NCBI GenBank assembly: GCA_035221665.1
Contig: CM069135.1
Span: forward strand, 90,396,001-90,460,000
Source: Okamejei kenojei
Lineage: Eukaryota
Direction of reading: 5' to 3'
Length of the DNA stretch: 64,000 nucleotides
Shown: one piece after another, positions 23,882 through 36,990 of the stretch
Numbering within the stretch: position 1 is the first letter of the stretch
Layout: every line of letters begins with the position of its first letter
The notes under the pieces: model-generated
Databases searched by the model: none
Seen by the model: the letters and a program-made list of their open reading frames with translations, nothing else
What the model was told of the DNA's origin: nothing
Translations under genes and position numbers: made by a program

Positions 23882-26084
23882 TTAAACAAGCAACAATGTC
23901 ACATTCACGAGCCACAATCATTCAGTGCCTGAATGAAACAATTACATGCACATCCATTTCCTACATCTATCTGTAGTGAAAATGAGGAGAGGTATCATTG
24001 TGTGGTGGTGGGATGGTCAAACAAGGGTGGGTTTTGGCTCCTCAGGTAATGAATGCAAAGCATTAGAAACTGAGTTAGAGTTTAATTTATTGCCACGTGT
24101 ACCGAGGTACAGTGAAAAGCTTTTGTTATCCAGTCAACGGAAAGACAATACATGTTTACAATCGATCCAATGTTTACAAGCTACATATAAACAAACCCAT
24201 TGACCCAATGTTGGGGTAATTTGTGCTGTTTCTTTCAAAGAGAATGATGAAGGAATTTCTGGAAATTATAAGAAAACTTGGCAAGTTTGTAATATGGTTA
24301 ATCCAAGTGACTTCCATACTGGAAAAAGATGTTGGGAATTTAGATCAACATATTGAAAGTAATTTGAAGATCATTTTAGAAGAGGCAATAATCAGATCAG
24401 GGCAGAGCAAAGATAACCACAGGGTGTTTGTAAACTAGACTGAGTGCAATAAGATTGACTATAAGTTGAAAGGAGTCATAAGACTTTGCCATAATTTATG
24501 ACATCCATTTATACAGCAACTGGGGAAAATAGCTGTTCGGCAAAGGAAGGCAATTCCCAGCTGTCGGATGGAAAGAGGCAACTTCCGCAGAGTTAAACAA
24601 GAATCAAAAGCATCAAACAAAAGTAGGTTACTTGTAAATGATTGTAAAAATATCAGACATATATGGAAACATTGTAAAGCGAATGCAATAAATTGCTGGA
24701 AGTTTTTTTGGTCAATCAAGTATCTTTTAGCCCTCTCTCGAAATGCTCCCCAGAAGTCGAGGCTTGGATAAACTGATGTTTAAGAAACTCACTACTGCTG
24801 TATAAGATTTTCTTTGTGTGCTATCTAGATCAGAGGTGTAATGAAGAGGGCGACAGGAATCCACATGAAAGCCAGATTTAGGGTGTAGGTTGAACACACA
24901 AATCCTTCCAGCAGACGATTTTCACATTTTCAAAAGTGAAATAAATTGTGATGATGTTTATAACACACTAAATGTTATAGCAATGGAAGTTTGTGAAATT
25001 AGGGGTAAAATTGTCCAGACAATTCCGCCACAATATTTGCCACATTGAACACCCAGGTGGATTGTTTTGATTTTTTTTTAAAGAGGCAAAGTGCTGGAGT
25101 AACTCAACAGGTCAGGCAGCATCTCTGGAGAACATGGATAGGTAATGTTTTGGGACGGGATCCTTCTTCAGACTGATCTGCAGCCTGAAGAAGGGTCCTG
25201 ACCTGGAAAGTCACCTATCCATTTTCTGCTGAAATGCTGCCTGACCCATTGAGTTACTCCAGCACTTTGCGCCTCTTCTTCAGTATGCCTACTTTGATGA
25301 AGGACTCCTTTGATACCTAGTGATTACGATGCCTGAGATGTTATCCCAATATACGTACAGCATTTCTGCGTAAATTGACTTCTGTAAACAAAAAGCTTCA
25401 TAAAGGTAATAGAAAACCAAGGTGTCCAAGACTCTCAATAGACCTTTCAACTCCACCTTCAGTTTGGTAGAAAATAAAGGAGGCGATGTGAAATGTAAGT
25501 GTTAGCTAGTGAAGCTGCCACAACAATGCATTGACTTGTTGTCATAGAGTCATACAACATGGAAACAGGCCCTTCAGCCCAAATTGTCCATGTCGACAAA
25601 CATGCCCCATCTACACTAGCCCCACCTGCTTGCATTTGGCCCATATCCCTCTAAACCTGTCCTATCCATTTACATGTCTAAATTATTCTTAAACGTTGCA
25701 ATAGTACCTGCAAAGTATTTGTCTCCAGGCAAATATTGCACTGTGCTTCTATTGTTGCTCACTGTGGTGGAAAAATCAACGCATGAACTGCAACAATTGG
25801 TAACAGCGATAAGATCATGAAAACAAAAGCAGTCACAGCATTTGAGAACAATATAATTGATTTTAATGGATGCCTTCCTGCAAGAAAGCAATCATTTTTA
25901 ACCAATTGTTTTGTTTCCATTATTCATGTTAATACTTTTTAATATAATTTGCATTTTTACAGCATGGAGCTTTAACCTTCCCAATCTGATTTAATGTGCA
26001 ATATTTAGCAGATTATTTCCTTTATGAAATGGTAATATACAATAATGAATTTCCTTCAACTTTTTCCCGCACTGTCACTATGAC

Positions 26085-27900
26085 AATAGACAATGACAAT
26101 ATGTGCAGGAGTAGGCCATTCGGCCCTTCGAGCCAGCACCGCCATTCAATGTGATCATGGCTGATCATCCCCAATCAGTACCCCGTTCCTGCCTTCTCCC
26201 CATATCCCCTGACTCCGCTATCTTTAAGAGCCCTATCTAGCTCTCTCTTGAAAGTATCCAGAGAACCGGCCTCCAGCGCCCTCTGAGGTAGAGAATTCAA
26301 CAGACTCACCACTCTCTGTGAGAAAAAGTGTTTCCTTGTCTCCGTTCTAAATGGCTTACCCTTTGTTCCTAAACTGTGGCCCCTGGTTCCGGACTCTCCC
26401 AACATCGGGAACATGTTCCCTGCCTCTAGCGTGTCCAAACCCTTAATAATCTTATGTGTTTCAATAAGATCTCCTCTCATCCTTTCTAAACTCCAGAGTA
26501 TACAAGCCCAGCCGCTCCATTCTCTCAGCATATGACAGTCCCGCCTTCCCGGGATAGCAAGAATGTCCTTCCTCAAATTAGGGGACCAAAACTGCACACA
26601 ATACTCCAGGTGTGGTCTCACTCGTCGTGGCTATCCCTCGAGGTTGAGGATGATGGTCTACGTTCTGTTGTTTTTATGGACTCTCAGGTGGCTTATTAGT
26701 CCAATCTTGGCTTTGACAGTTCTTCTGCATTCAGGACAAGTAATTCCAGGTGGCAGGTCGGGCTTTGGTTGTTGCTGCCTCTCTTTCCGTTTTCTACTCT
26801 TTTCTTCTAATTCTGTGCATCTCTTGGCTTCGAAGGTCACTGTTCCTTCTTAGATGATGGTTCGCCATAGTTTCCTGTCCTTGGCATTGGTTTCTGAATT
26901 GTCGATGTTGATTTCACATTTCGTCACGCTGGCTTTTAAGGAATCTTTGAATATCTTCTTTTGTCCGCTTCTTTGATGTGTGCCTTCTTTAAGCTGGGAG
27001 TAGAAGATTTGCTTTGGTAGACGCTCATCTTCCATCCGAACAACAAGACCGACCCATTTTAGTTGGTTCTTGATGACGAAGGCTTCAATGCTAGATGTTT
27101 TTGCTTCATTCAGCATGCTGACGTTGGTTCTTCTGTCTTCCCAGCTGATGGTTAAGCTGCTTCTAAGACATCGTTGATGGAACTTTTCAAATGTTTTCAG
27201 AATGCGTCGGTATGTTGTCCAGATCTTTGATGCATACATCAGATAGGGCCCTAGTGTGGTCTCACTAGGGCCCTATACAACTGCAGAATTACCTTTCTGC
27301 TCCTATACTCAACTCCTCTAGTTATGAAGGCCAACATGCCATCAGCTTTCTTCACTGCCTGCTGTACCTGCATGCTTACTTTCATTGACTGATGAACAAG
27401 AACCCCCAGATTCCGTTGTACTTCCCCTTTTCCCAACTTGACACCATTTAGATAATAATCTGCCTTCCCGTTTTTGCTACCAAAGTGGATAACCTCACAT
27501 TTATCCACATTAAACTGCATCTGCCATGCATCTGCCCACTCACCCAACCTGTCCAAGTCACCCTGCATTCTCATTGCATCCTCCTCACAGTTCACGCTGC
27601 CACCCAGCTTTGTGTCATCTGCAAATTTGCTAATGCTACTTTGAATCCCTTCATCTAAATCATTGTTGTATAGTGTAAATAGCTGCAGTCCCAGCATCGA
27701 GCCTTGCGGTACCCCACTAGTCACTACAGGTACACTGCAAGTCCAGGTACACTACATCCACTGGCTCTCCCTTGTCCATTTTCCTAGATACATCCTCAAA
27801 GAATTCCAGAAGATTAGTCAAGCATGATTTCCCCTTCGTAAATCCATGCTGACTCGGACTGATCCTGTTACTGCTATCCAAACTCGGACCGATCTTGTTA
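26085..27900 (-). mobile_element. CR1 (HER1-like) LINE RT/3' fragment split by an RTE insertion
   Basis: ORFs 27251-27724 and 26175-26621 are consecutive CR1 RT segments (KFADDTK; RPHLEYCVQFWSP). Confidence 0.9.
26623..27253 (-). mobile_element. 5'-truncated RTE-clade LINE
   Basis: WTTYRR...FHQRCLR...WEDRRTN...RMEDERLPKQIFYSQL, then a C2H2 finger CPECRR...LISHLRVH; 13-bp TSD gtgtggtctcact (26610-26622, 27254-27266). Confidence 0.9.
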
Positions 27901-28819
27901 CTGCTATGTTACTGCTATAGTTTTCCTTGAGCATCAATAGTATTTCTGAAAGTATTTCAAGCTCTTTAAATGAAAATCAAAAAAGCAAACTGCAGATGCT
28001 GACAAAGGGTCGCTGCTTCACTCTCACATTACCTGAAATACAGAATTTTTTCAGTATTTTCTATTTTTATTTCCTGTTCTCTAGCTTAAAATAAAAAGGC
28101 TCAGTTGGCATTGTATTTTAAAATGACTGCTATCAACCGTACCATTTTAGTCTACCAGACATGCAAAGGCAACAATAAGGCTCCAGTGCTCCAAAGGGTA
28201 CTCATGAATATCAGTAAATAATCAATTTCAAAGTGAAGACGTCACCCACAAAAGACTTAGAAGTGCAAATTAATTGACGAGCCAATTCATACATTTTGCA
28301 TGAAGACCAATGGATCAAATTATGCTCCTGATTTTTACCAAATGCAAGTTATTTGTCAGAAAATTCAACAGTCTAACGTTGAACCCATTGATCTGGCAGG
28401 TTTTTTTTTACTAATTCAGACAAAATTTTGTTTAAAAATATAACAGTTCAGACACAATTTACTCCAAATTCAGTGAGCATACCCGACTCACAGATTTATC
28501 GTCAGTTTTGATACATTTAGCAGTGGCCACAAGAGACCACTAAGTAACACTCTGTACCAGCTCCATGTGTTATAAATCTTTACCCAGCCATAAACCTCAT
28601 AGATTGTGGTACGTATAAACAATCCACGTGACCATGGATCTCAACAGACTCAGAGGCAAACTTTCAGGGCACATTGGTGTACTCCCATTCCACGCCATGC
28701 TCACTGTAAAATTAATAATAAAAATTACTATCCAACTGTCAGTAAACAGTTCATCCATTAAAATTTAACATAAGAAATACTCCATTTGGATATGAGGAGG
28801 TGTAAAACCTATCTTCAAG

Positions 28820-29375
28820 TTTACAAGAATTATCCCAGGAATGAGTAGGTGAATCTATGATAAGCATTTGACGACACTGGGCCTGTACTCACTGGTGGGA
28901 CCTCATTGAAACATACAGAATAATGAAAGGCTTGGGTAGAGTGGAGAGGATGTGTCCACTAGTGGGAGAGTCTAGGACTAGAGGTCATAGCCTCAGAATT
29001 AAAGGATGTTCTTTTAGGAAGGAGATGAGGAGAAATTTCTTTAGTCAGAGGGTGGTGAATCTGTGGAATTCTTTGCCACAGAAGGCTGTGGAGGCCAAGT
29101 CAGTACATATTTTTAAAGCAGGGATAGATATATTCTTGGGTTACACAAAAAGCTGGAGAAACTCAGCGGGTGCAGCAGCATCTAAGGAGCGAAGGAGATA
29201 GGCGACGTTTCGGGTCGAGACCCTTCTTGTTTAGTACAGGTGTCAGAGGTTATGGGGAGAAGGCAGGAGAATGGGGTTAGGAAGGAGAGATAGATCAGCC
29301 ATGATTGAATGGCGGCTTAGACTTGATGGACCAAAGGGCCTAATTCTACTCCTATCAGTTGTGATCTTATGACCT
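28820..29375 (+). mobile_element. CR1 3' fragment with an inserted Penelope-derived piece
   Basis: ESRTRGHSLRIKG...FFSQRVVNLWNSLPQKAVEA. Confidence 0.8.
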
Positions 29376-29688
29376 TATATACCAAAGCTAAAGAGTGGGA
29401 TGGAGATTTGCTGGTGCTAATCGGTATGGTATAAACAAGATTGGCAGAGGGGTGGGTTCCATAACAGAAAGGAGGCAAATGAGAAGTTGGGGCAAAGATT
29501 GTAGTCAAAGATAGCAAGATTAGCAGACAGGACAGGCAGGTCGTTGGTAATGAGAGAGGAAAAACAATTGGGTGGAAAGGGACTGCAGATGCTAGTTTAA
29601 ACCAAAGATCGACATAAAAAGCTGGAGTAAGTCAGTGGGTCAGGCAGCGTCTCTGGAGAAAAGGAATAGGTGACTTTTCGGGTCAAGA

Positions 29689-29716
29689 CTGAAGAAGGGT
29701 CTCGACCCGAAACGTC
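29689..29716 (+). ncRNA. Minimal type-I hammerhead ribozyme motif in a Penelope-derived palindromic repeat (~29575-29785)
   Basis: CUGAAGA core, stem II GGGUC-uc-GACCC, GAAA, then CG-UC with the cleavage site after 29716; helix III is reduced to palindromic ACGU as in Penelope-associated hammerheads. Confidence 0.55.
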
Positions 29717-29834
29717 ACCTATTCCTTTTCTCCAGAAATGATGTGTGAGCCGCTGGGTTACTTCAACTTTTTGTGTCTATCTTCGAGGAAAGACAAGTGC
29801 TTTATTATTATTTTTTTTTAATATATATTTTTAT

Positions 29835-31920
29835 TAGACAAGTGCTTTAAACTGCATTTATTTCATTGCTGGAGGATTAACAGGTATGGTGGACAAAAAA
29901 CTCAGGACATGGATTGGCTTGGGGGGAATGTTGTAACAGAGCAGGGCAGGACAGGCAACTCAATGTTCCATGGTGCAGAGGCCACAGGCATGAAAGGTAA
30001 GAGAGAAGGTTAGGGGTAGAGTGGGGGGGGGAGGGTGACTTTTAGATCTGGCAGAGCACAACTACAGTGCTCAGAAAGGATATTCTCAAGGGATTGTACA
30101 GAGATTTTATGGGCAGAACTTAAAAACAAGAAGGGAGCGATCACTTTGATGAGACTATATCATAACCCCCAAGGGTCAGTGTGAATTGCAGGAGCAGATG
30201 TATAGGGAGATTGTAGATAGTTGTAAAAAAAGGGTAGTATGAATGGGAGATCTTAACTTCCCTGATATTGTAAAGGGCACTCAGAATAGGGGAATCAGGA
30301 ACCAGAGGACATGGGTTTAAAGTACCAGGAGAAAGATTTAATAGGAACCCAAGAGCAACCCTTTTCACACACAAAGGGTTATGATATTGACATTGGTGTA
30401 AAGGGCTCGGACTGGGTGGAATTTGCTAGATGTGCCCAAGAAAGCTCCCTTTACCAATATACAGGCACATATTAGAGAAGGAGCAACACTGGACCTTATG
30501 AACTAAGATAGGGCAAGAGACTGAAGTATCAGTGGGGGAACACTTTGGGACTTTATAGTAATGGAGAATGGTAGCACTGGTGAATATTTCTCATCTGTTC
30601 TTATTGAGGAAAAGATCATGGAAGCTAAGGAATGGAGACATTGAGGGTGTGTGTCTTCGATCAGATATGAATTACTCAAGAGGACGTATTGTCAGTTTTA
30701 AAGTTGCATTAAGGTGGATAAATAAATCTCCAAGGCCTGACCAAGTGCATCCTCAAACTCTTGAAAAAAGTCTTTCTCATCTGGTCTTAAAGCTAGAGAC
30801 TTCCCCAACAGGAAATTGCGAAGGCCCTTTCAGAGATATTTGCATCATCTTTGAAACCATAGGTGATGTTCAGGAAGACTGGACAAAGCTATGGCTAACA
30901 TAATTCGCTTTTTTCACTGCCTGCTGCACCTGCATGCCTACTTTCAATGACTGGTGTACCATGACAAGGTCTCGCTGCATCTCCCTTTTTCCTAATCGGC
31001 CACCATTTAATAATATTCTGGTTTTTGCCACCAAAGTGGATAACCTCAATCTGCCAAACATGCCACAAAACTACATGCATCCTCCTCACAGCTAACACTG
31101 CCCCCCAGCTTAGTGTCATCCGCAAACTTGGAGATATTGTCCAGATCATTAATAGGATGACATTAAGTTGGAGGGGATTCTTAGGGACAGGATCTATCAG
31201 AACTTAGATTGTCACCAGACCGATTCGAGACGGGCAGCATGGCTTCGTGTGTGGGAACTGTTGTCTCATAAATCTAATGGGATTTCTAGAGGTCACCAAG
31301 TAATTGATGAGGGCTGGATTGTGGACATACAGTCTTTATGGTCTTTAGCAAGATGTTTGCCAAGGTCCCGCATGGTAGGCTTGTTTAGAAGGTTAGATTG
31401 AATAGAATCCATTGGGCTTGCCCATTGGGTTCAAAATTATCTTGGAGGACGGAGTCAAAGGGTAGTTGACAAGGGTTGTTTTTTTTTAGGAGGCCTGTGA
31501 CCAATGCTGCACCACAGGGGGCAGTGCTGAGTCCACTGCTGTTTGTTATATACATTAATGACGAATGACAATAGAGTTAATATTGTCAGTAAATTTGTAG
31601 ATTACATCAAAGTTGGTGGAACAGTGGACAGTGAGAAAGAATATCTATGTGTACAACAAGATCTAGATCACTTGGGAAGGTGGGCCAAGGAATGGCAAAT
31701 GGAATTTGATTATTTCAAGTATGAGGTGTTGTATTTACCTATGTCAAACCAGGGCTGGACTTACACAATAAAAGGTAGAGCCCTGGAGAGCGTTGCAGAA
31801 AAGAGTGCAGATACCTGGTTCTCCTAAAGTGACGAATCAGGTGGACAGCGACAAAAGCCTTTGGCATGCTTGCTTTCATAGGGAAGGGTATTGAGTACAA
31901 ACGTTGGGACATCATGATGT
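29835..31920 (+). mobile_element. Old degenerate CR1 (endonuclease to RT) with an inverted younger CR1 piece at ~30895-31140
   Basis: MGDLNFP-like endonuclease motif, KSPRPDQVHP, SKFVDYIKVGG...QQDLDHLGRWAKEWQMEF. Confidence 0.7.
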
Positions 31921-34488
31921 GTGGCGTTATGGGTTCGGACCCTTCTCCAGTCAGAAGAAGGTCCCGACCCAAAATGTCACCCAATCTTTTTCTCCAGAGA
32001 TGCTGCCTAACCCGCTGAGTTACACCAGCACTTTGTGTCTATCCTTGTTTCTATCTTCGTTCAGCAAGATCATTACCAGTAATTCCACTTTATTTCTACT
32101 GAGTACAAACTGCAGCATGACACATCCTTACTGCACAGATGCATTTTCACTGGAGCATGAATAAATGCACAAAATTGTTTGTAAGCTAATCATACACTAA
32201 TTATCTTCATCCCCTGTCTCCACCATTGTTTTTGCTGACATCCCCTCAAACTGTCCCAGTTTTTTTTGCTGTCCCTCTCCTCCCCCTCGCACAAAATGGC
32301 TTGGTTTTTTTTAATCAATCCTGAGGTTCATTAACTCCCATTCTTCCATGGAAATATCTTGCAAATGTTTGACTTTGCATCTGCCTGACGTCAGGAAATG
32401 TACGTAGGGAGCGACTGGTGCTCTTAGCTCCTGCTTGATGTTGTTTATAGATCCTGATGTATAATTGACGGAAACTCCAGTCTCCGTAAGCTGTTGCAAA
32501 AATTCCCTCCAGGACTCGAGTTCCAACTCGAGAACCAACAACAGCAGCATCACATCATAGACACAACAATTAATGAGCAGAGCCAGGAGGAAAGCTGATT
32601 TGCATCAGCAAATGTGGGCGAGTGAACATTTCTTCAAATGGTGGCTGCTTGACACACAGATTTTTGATAAATATATAATCATGCCTTCAGATTAATTTAG
32701 TTAGAGCCATAACATCATAGAGCTACTATATGCAACATGGAAACTGGCTCTTCGGCCTACCTTATCCATGCTGACCAAGTTGCCATGCTGGGTTAATCCC
32801 ATTTGCTTGCATTTGGCCCGTAGCCCTCTAAACTCAATGGTCAATGTTGCTTTATTGTCATCTGTGCAAATGCATAGTGCAATTCTTTTTTTGCATTCAG
32901 TTCTGTAAAGTATTGCCATAACCAAGCACAATTCCCGATTAGCAAACTGTACAGAATTAGTCCACTGCGACCGCACGCAAGAGGTGCCAAGTTGTTGGGC
33001 CATTTTCAAAGTCTAGCCCGCACTCTAGATCTTATGAGTGGTGCCCGATTCAGGCAAGCCCCAGGCTGATGCAGGGCCTCCAGCCATCGCCTTTCTTGGA
33101 CGTATGGATCGTCCAGTGAACTGACGTCCCTCTCCTCACCCATCCACCTTCGTACACTGGGGGTGCTTCCCGCAACCAACCTGGAGGGCGTGGAAGGCCA
33201 ACCCCCGGTTCACTCTCCAACCAGCCTTGGTTCTCATCTCCGTCAGCGCAGGCTGCCTCCGCTTCGGTCTCTGGTCTTCGGGAGATGAGCAAGGGGCTAG
33301 CTTGGTTGTTTCCCCTAAAGGTCGCGGCCCTCCAGGTCTTTGTCATCTGGCCACGCGGCCCATCCTGCCTTTGTCTTCCCATCCATATACCTGTTCAAAT
33401 GTCTTTAAAAATGCAATTGGATCCCCTTCTATAGCTTCCTATGGCAGTTCATTCCACATATGGACTACCCGTGAAGTGAAAGTGTTGCCTCTGAGGTCCC
33501 CCGTAAATATCCCCCCCCCCCCTCACCTTAAGCCTATGTCCCTTAGTTTTAGAATCCTCCACCCTATGGTTCTAATATACACAATCTTTCAACCAGAAAA
33601 TCATCTCCAGTGTACATTTTTCCCAAAACGATCAAATCCATGCACCATTTAAAAATTATCTACGTTATCTTTTACCAACCCTTCCAATGCTAATACTCAC
33701 AGCGTCTCCAGTCTCTACTCATTATTATCTCCTCATGCCTGGTATCATCTGGAGACATTTGTTACAATTCTAACTTCAATTCTATCATTGACCATGCAAA
33801 CTACAATTTTAGCCAAATCAACGCCCACACAGAAATGCAATTGTATCTGCTCCAATACCGAGAATTTAAAATGCAGATGACTTCTTTCATAATCTCATTG
33901 ACAGACACAAAATGCCAGAGTAATGCATTTATTTTGCATTGCATCTTAATGAAACAGCTCCAAAGCCTCAATCACAGGCTTAATACCAATAATAAAATGT
34001 GAATACTTGATTAGAAATCTGTTTATGAACAAGTTCTCTTGAGAATACATACCTGACAGAGAAACATAAGATAGATAGATTCTTGATTAGTACGAATGTC
34101 AGAGGTCATAGGGAGAAGGCAGGAGAATGGGGTTAAGAGGGAGAGATAGATCAGGCATGATTGAATGGCGAAGACTTTATGGGCCAAATGGCCTAATTTC
34201 ACTCCTATTCCTTATGACCTAACATCAAGAATCTTGGCAACTGGAAAACTTTTTTATGAACAATTTGGGGAATGACATTCCAATGTCCAATCTCACATCT
34301 GCAGAAGGATAACAGAGCAGATGCCTATTGCATCAAGTTCAATGCATGTGAACCTCACTCCCAAAATAATATTATCAGTGTTACGTAAAGAGAAAAATTG
34401 GCCGATATAGGAGTCAGTTACACAACCTTGGTATGACCACAAGTAGAGTATAGTATAATTGTATTTGGTTACCTTACCTAATAAAAAA

Positions 34489-34778
34489 GGGCGGCACAGT
34501 GGCATAGCGGTAGAGCTATTGCCTCACAGCTCCAGAGTCCAGGGTTTGGTCCTGACTACGGGTGCTATCTGTACGGAGTTTGTACGTTCTCCCTATGACC
34601 TGCATGGGTTTTCTCCGAGATCTTTGGTTTCCTCTCACACTCCGTACAGGTTTGTAGGTTAATTGGCTTGGTATAAATGTAAATTGTCTTTAGTGTAGTG
34701 TGCGGGGGACGCTGGTCTGTGTGGGCCTGGTGGGCCAAAGGGCCTGTTTCCGCGCTGTATCTCTAAACTAAACTAAAC
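34489..34778 (+). mobile_element. HE1-like V-SINE
   Basis: gggcggcacagtggcatagcggtagag head; (CTAAA)n tail. Confidence 0.8.
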
Positions 34779-36693
34779 ATGCTTCTGAGAGGGTGCAGTC
34801 AAGACTGACAGACTCCTGCGATTTGGCTTTTGTTTAATTGGATGACTGGCCTGTCATGTGGAGAGACTGAGCAGCCTAGGGCCTTCTCCTCTGGAATTTA
34901 GAAGAATGAAAGGAATCCTCACTGAAATGTGCAAAATTATTGAAGATTTATGAGGGTGTTAAAGGGACTTGAGGATCTGAGTTATTGGGAGAGGTTAGGC
35001 ATGCTGGGAGGAATAGGGGTCATCTTATAGAGGTGTACAATATCATGAGGGAAATAGAAAGGGTGAATGCACAGTCTTTTACCCAGAATAGGGAAATCAG
35101 GAACCAGAGGACATGGGTTTAAAGTACCAGGAGAAAGATTTAATAGGAACCCAAGAGTGACCCTTTTCACACACAGAGGGTGATGGGTATATGGAACAAG
35201 CTACCAGAGGAGGTAGTTGAGGCAAGTACTAACAACATTTAAAAGGCATTTGGACAGGTGCATGGATAGGAAAAGTTTAGAGGGATATGGGCCAAACATG
35301 GGCAGGTGGGACCAGTGTAGATGGGGCATTTTGGTTGGTGTGGGCAAATTGGGCTGAAGAGCCTGTTTCTGTGCTGTATGACTCTAGGATTCTATGACTC
35401 AATAGGGGAGAGACAGCAAGAATGTATCCCCCAGCTATATCCAAGGAGTCTCAAAGTAAGGGATAGGCATTTCAATAGGAGACATTTCTTTACTCCAATG
35501 GTGGTGAATCGTAGGAATTCTTTACTCTGGAGATGCTGCAAAGCTTCAGTCAATGATTTCATTTAAAACTATTATCCATATATTTTTGGATATTACAGGA
35601 ATCAATGAATGTACGGAAAGAGCAGAAAACCATGTTGAGCAGAAGCTCGCTGTGACTACTGAAAGGTGGACAGGCTGGAGGGCTGAAATAGCTACTCCTG
35701 TTCCTATTTCTTATGGCCGAAGGCTATCACAGAGCCGTAGTGATACAGTGTGTATACAGGCCCTTCAGCCCAACTTTTCCACACCTACCAACATGTCCCA
35801 TCTACACTAGGCCCACCTGTCTGCATTTGGCCAATATATCCCTCTAAACCTGTCCTATCCGTGTATCTGTCTAATTGTTTCTCAACTGTTAGATTGTTTC
35901 TGTATAATGAAAACCTTGAATGTAAGTTACTGTACCTTCAATCTGTTCTCTATTACCTTCCTGAAAAAGTGAAGACCTAGTAACCGATTCTGTCTGCTGG
36001 ACATCTCATGAGCAAAGGCCATTTGAACTTCACTGCCAACACGCCAAGTTAGCTACAGAACAACTCAGTACTTCCACCCTCTGGTCCCCCGTCTCTGTAT
36101 ACTTGCAACTTACCTCCCTCACTGTGTATTTATCCAATTCCCTCTTTAAATCCATAATGATGCTGTTACCAAATGGGGCATTCCAGATTCTGAACAAATG
36201 TTGTATAAAGAAATCTTACCGCATATCACCATAGACTGTTGGGCTATGAAGAATTCACGAGTGGATCACAGGGGATGACTTGTCTGGGAAGGAACTGCAG
36301 ATGCTGGTTTACACCGAAGATAGACACAAAATACTGTAGTAACTCAGCGGGACAGGCAGCATCTCTGGAGAGAAGGAATGGGTGACGTTTCGGGTCTGAA
36401 AAAGGGTCTCGACCCAAAACTTCACCCATTCCTTCTCTCCAGCGATGCTACCTGTCCTGCTGAATTACTTTGACATTTTATGTCTATCTGCAGGGAATAA
36501 CTTATTGAATTTGTACTAATCCAACAGATTCAGTTACCTGTTTCACTAATGCGGCCCAGGTAGCAAAACGTAAAAAGGTACTGTGCCATGGTGTGAAACT
36601 TAGAAAATTGGTCCATTTCATAATGTTTCAGCATATTAATAAAAACCTCTAAGGATAACAGAAAATCAGAATTGTTTAAAGAGCAAGTATAAT

Positions 36694-36990
36694 TTAGTTT
36701 ATTTTATAGATACAGCATGGAAACAGACCCTTCGGCCCAACAAGTCCACGCTGATCAGCGATCCCCATACATGAGCACACCAGGGACAATTTACAATTTT
36801 TACTGGCCAAATTAACCTACAAACCTGTATGTCTTTGGATTGTGGGAGGAATCCAGAGCACCCGGGGAAACCCATGCAGTCGCGGGGTGAACGTACAAAC
36901 GCCATACAGACAGCACCCTTAGTCAGGATCGAACCCAGGTCTCTGACACTGCAAGGCAGCATCTCTACCGCTGCGCCACTGTGCCAGCCC
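36694..36990 (-). mobile_element. HE1-like V-SINE
   Basis: Same family on the minus strand. Confidence 0.8.

Noticed and set aside
27841-27920. 30-bp tandem duplication plus gttactgctat repeats
   Set aside because: Ordinary slippage at the 5' truncation point of a CR1.
32311-32553. 80-aa minus-strand ORF in unique sequence
   Set aside because: No recognisable homology or convincing splice sites; treated as non-coding.
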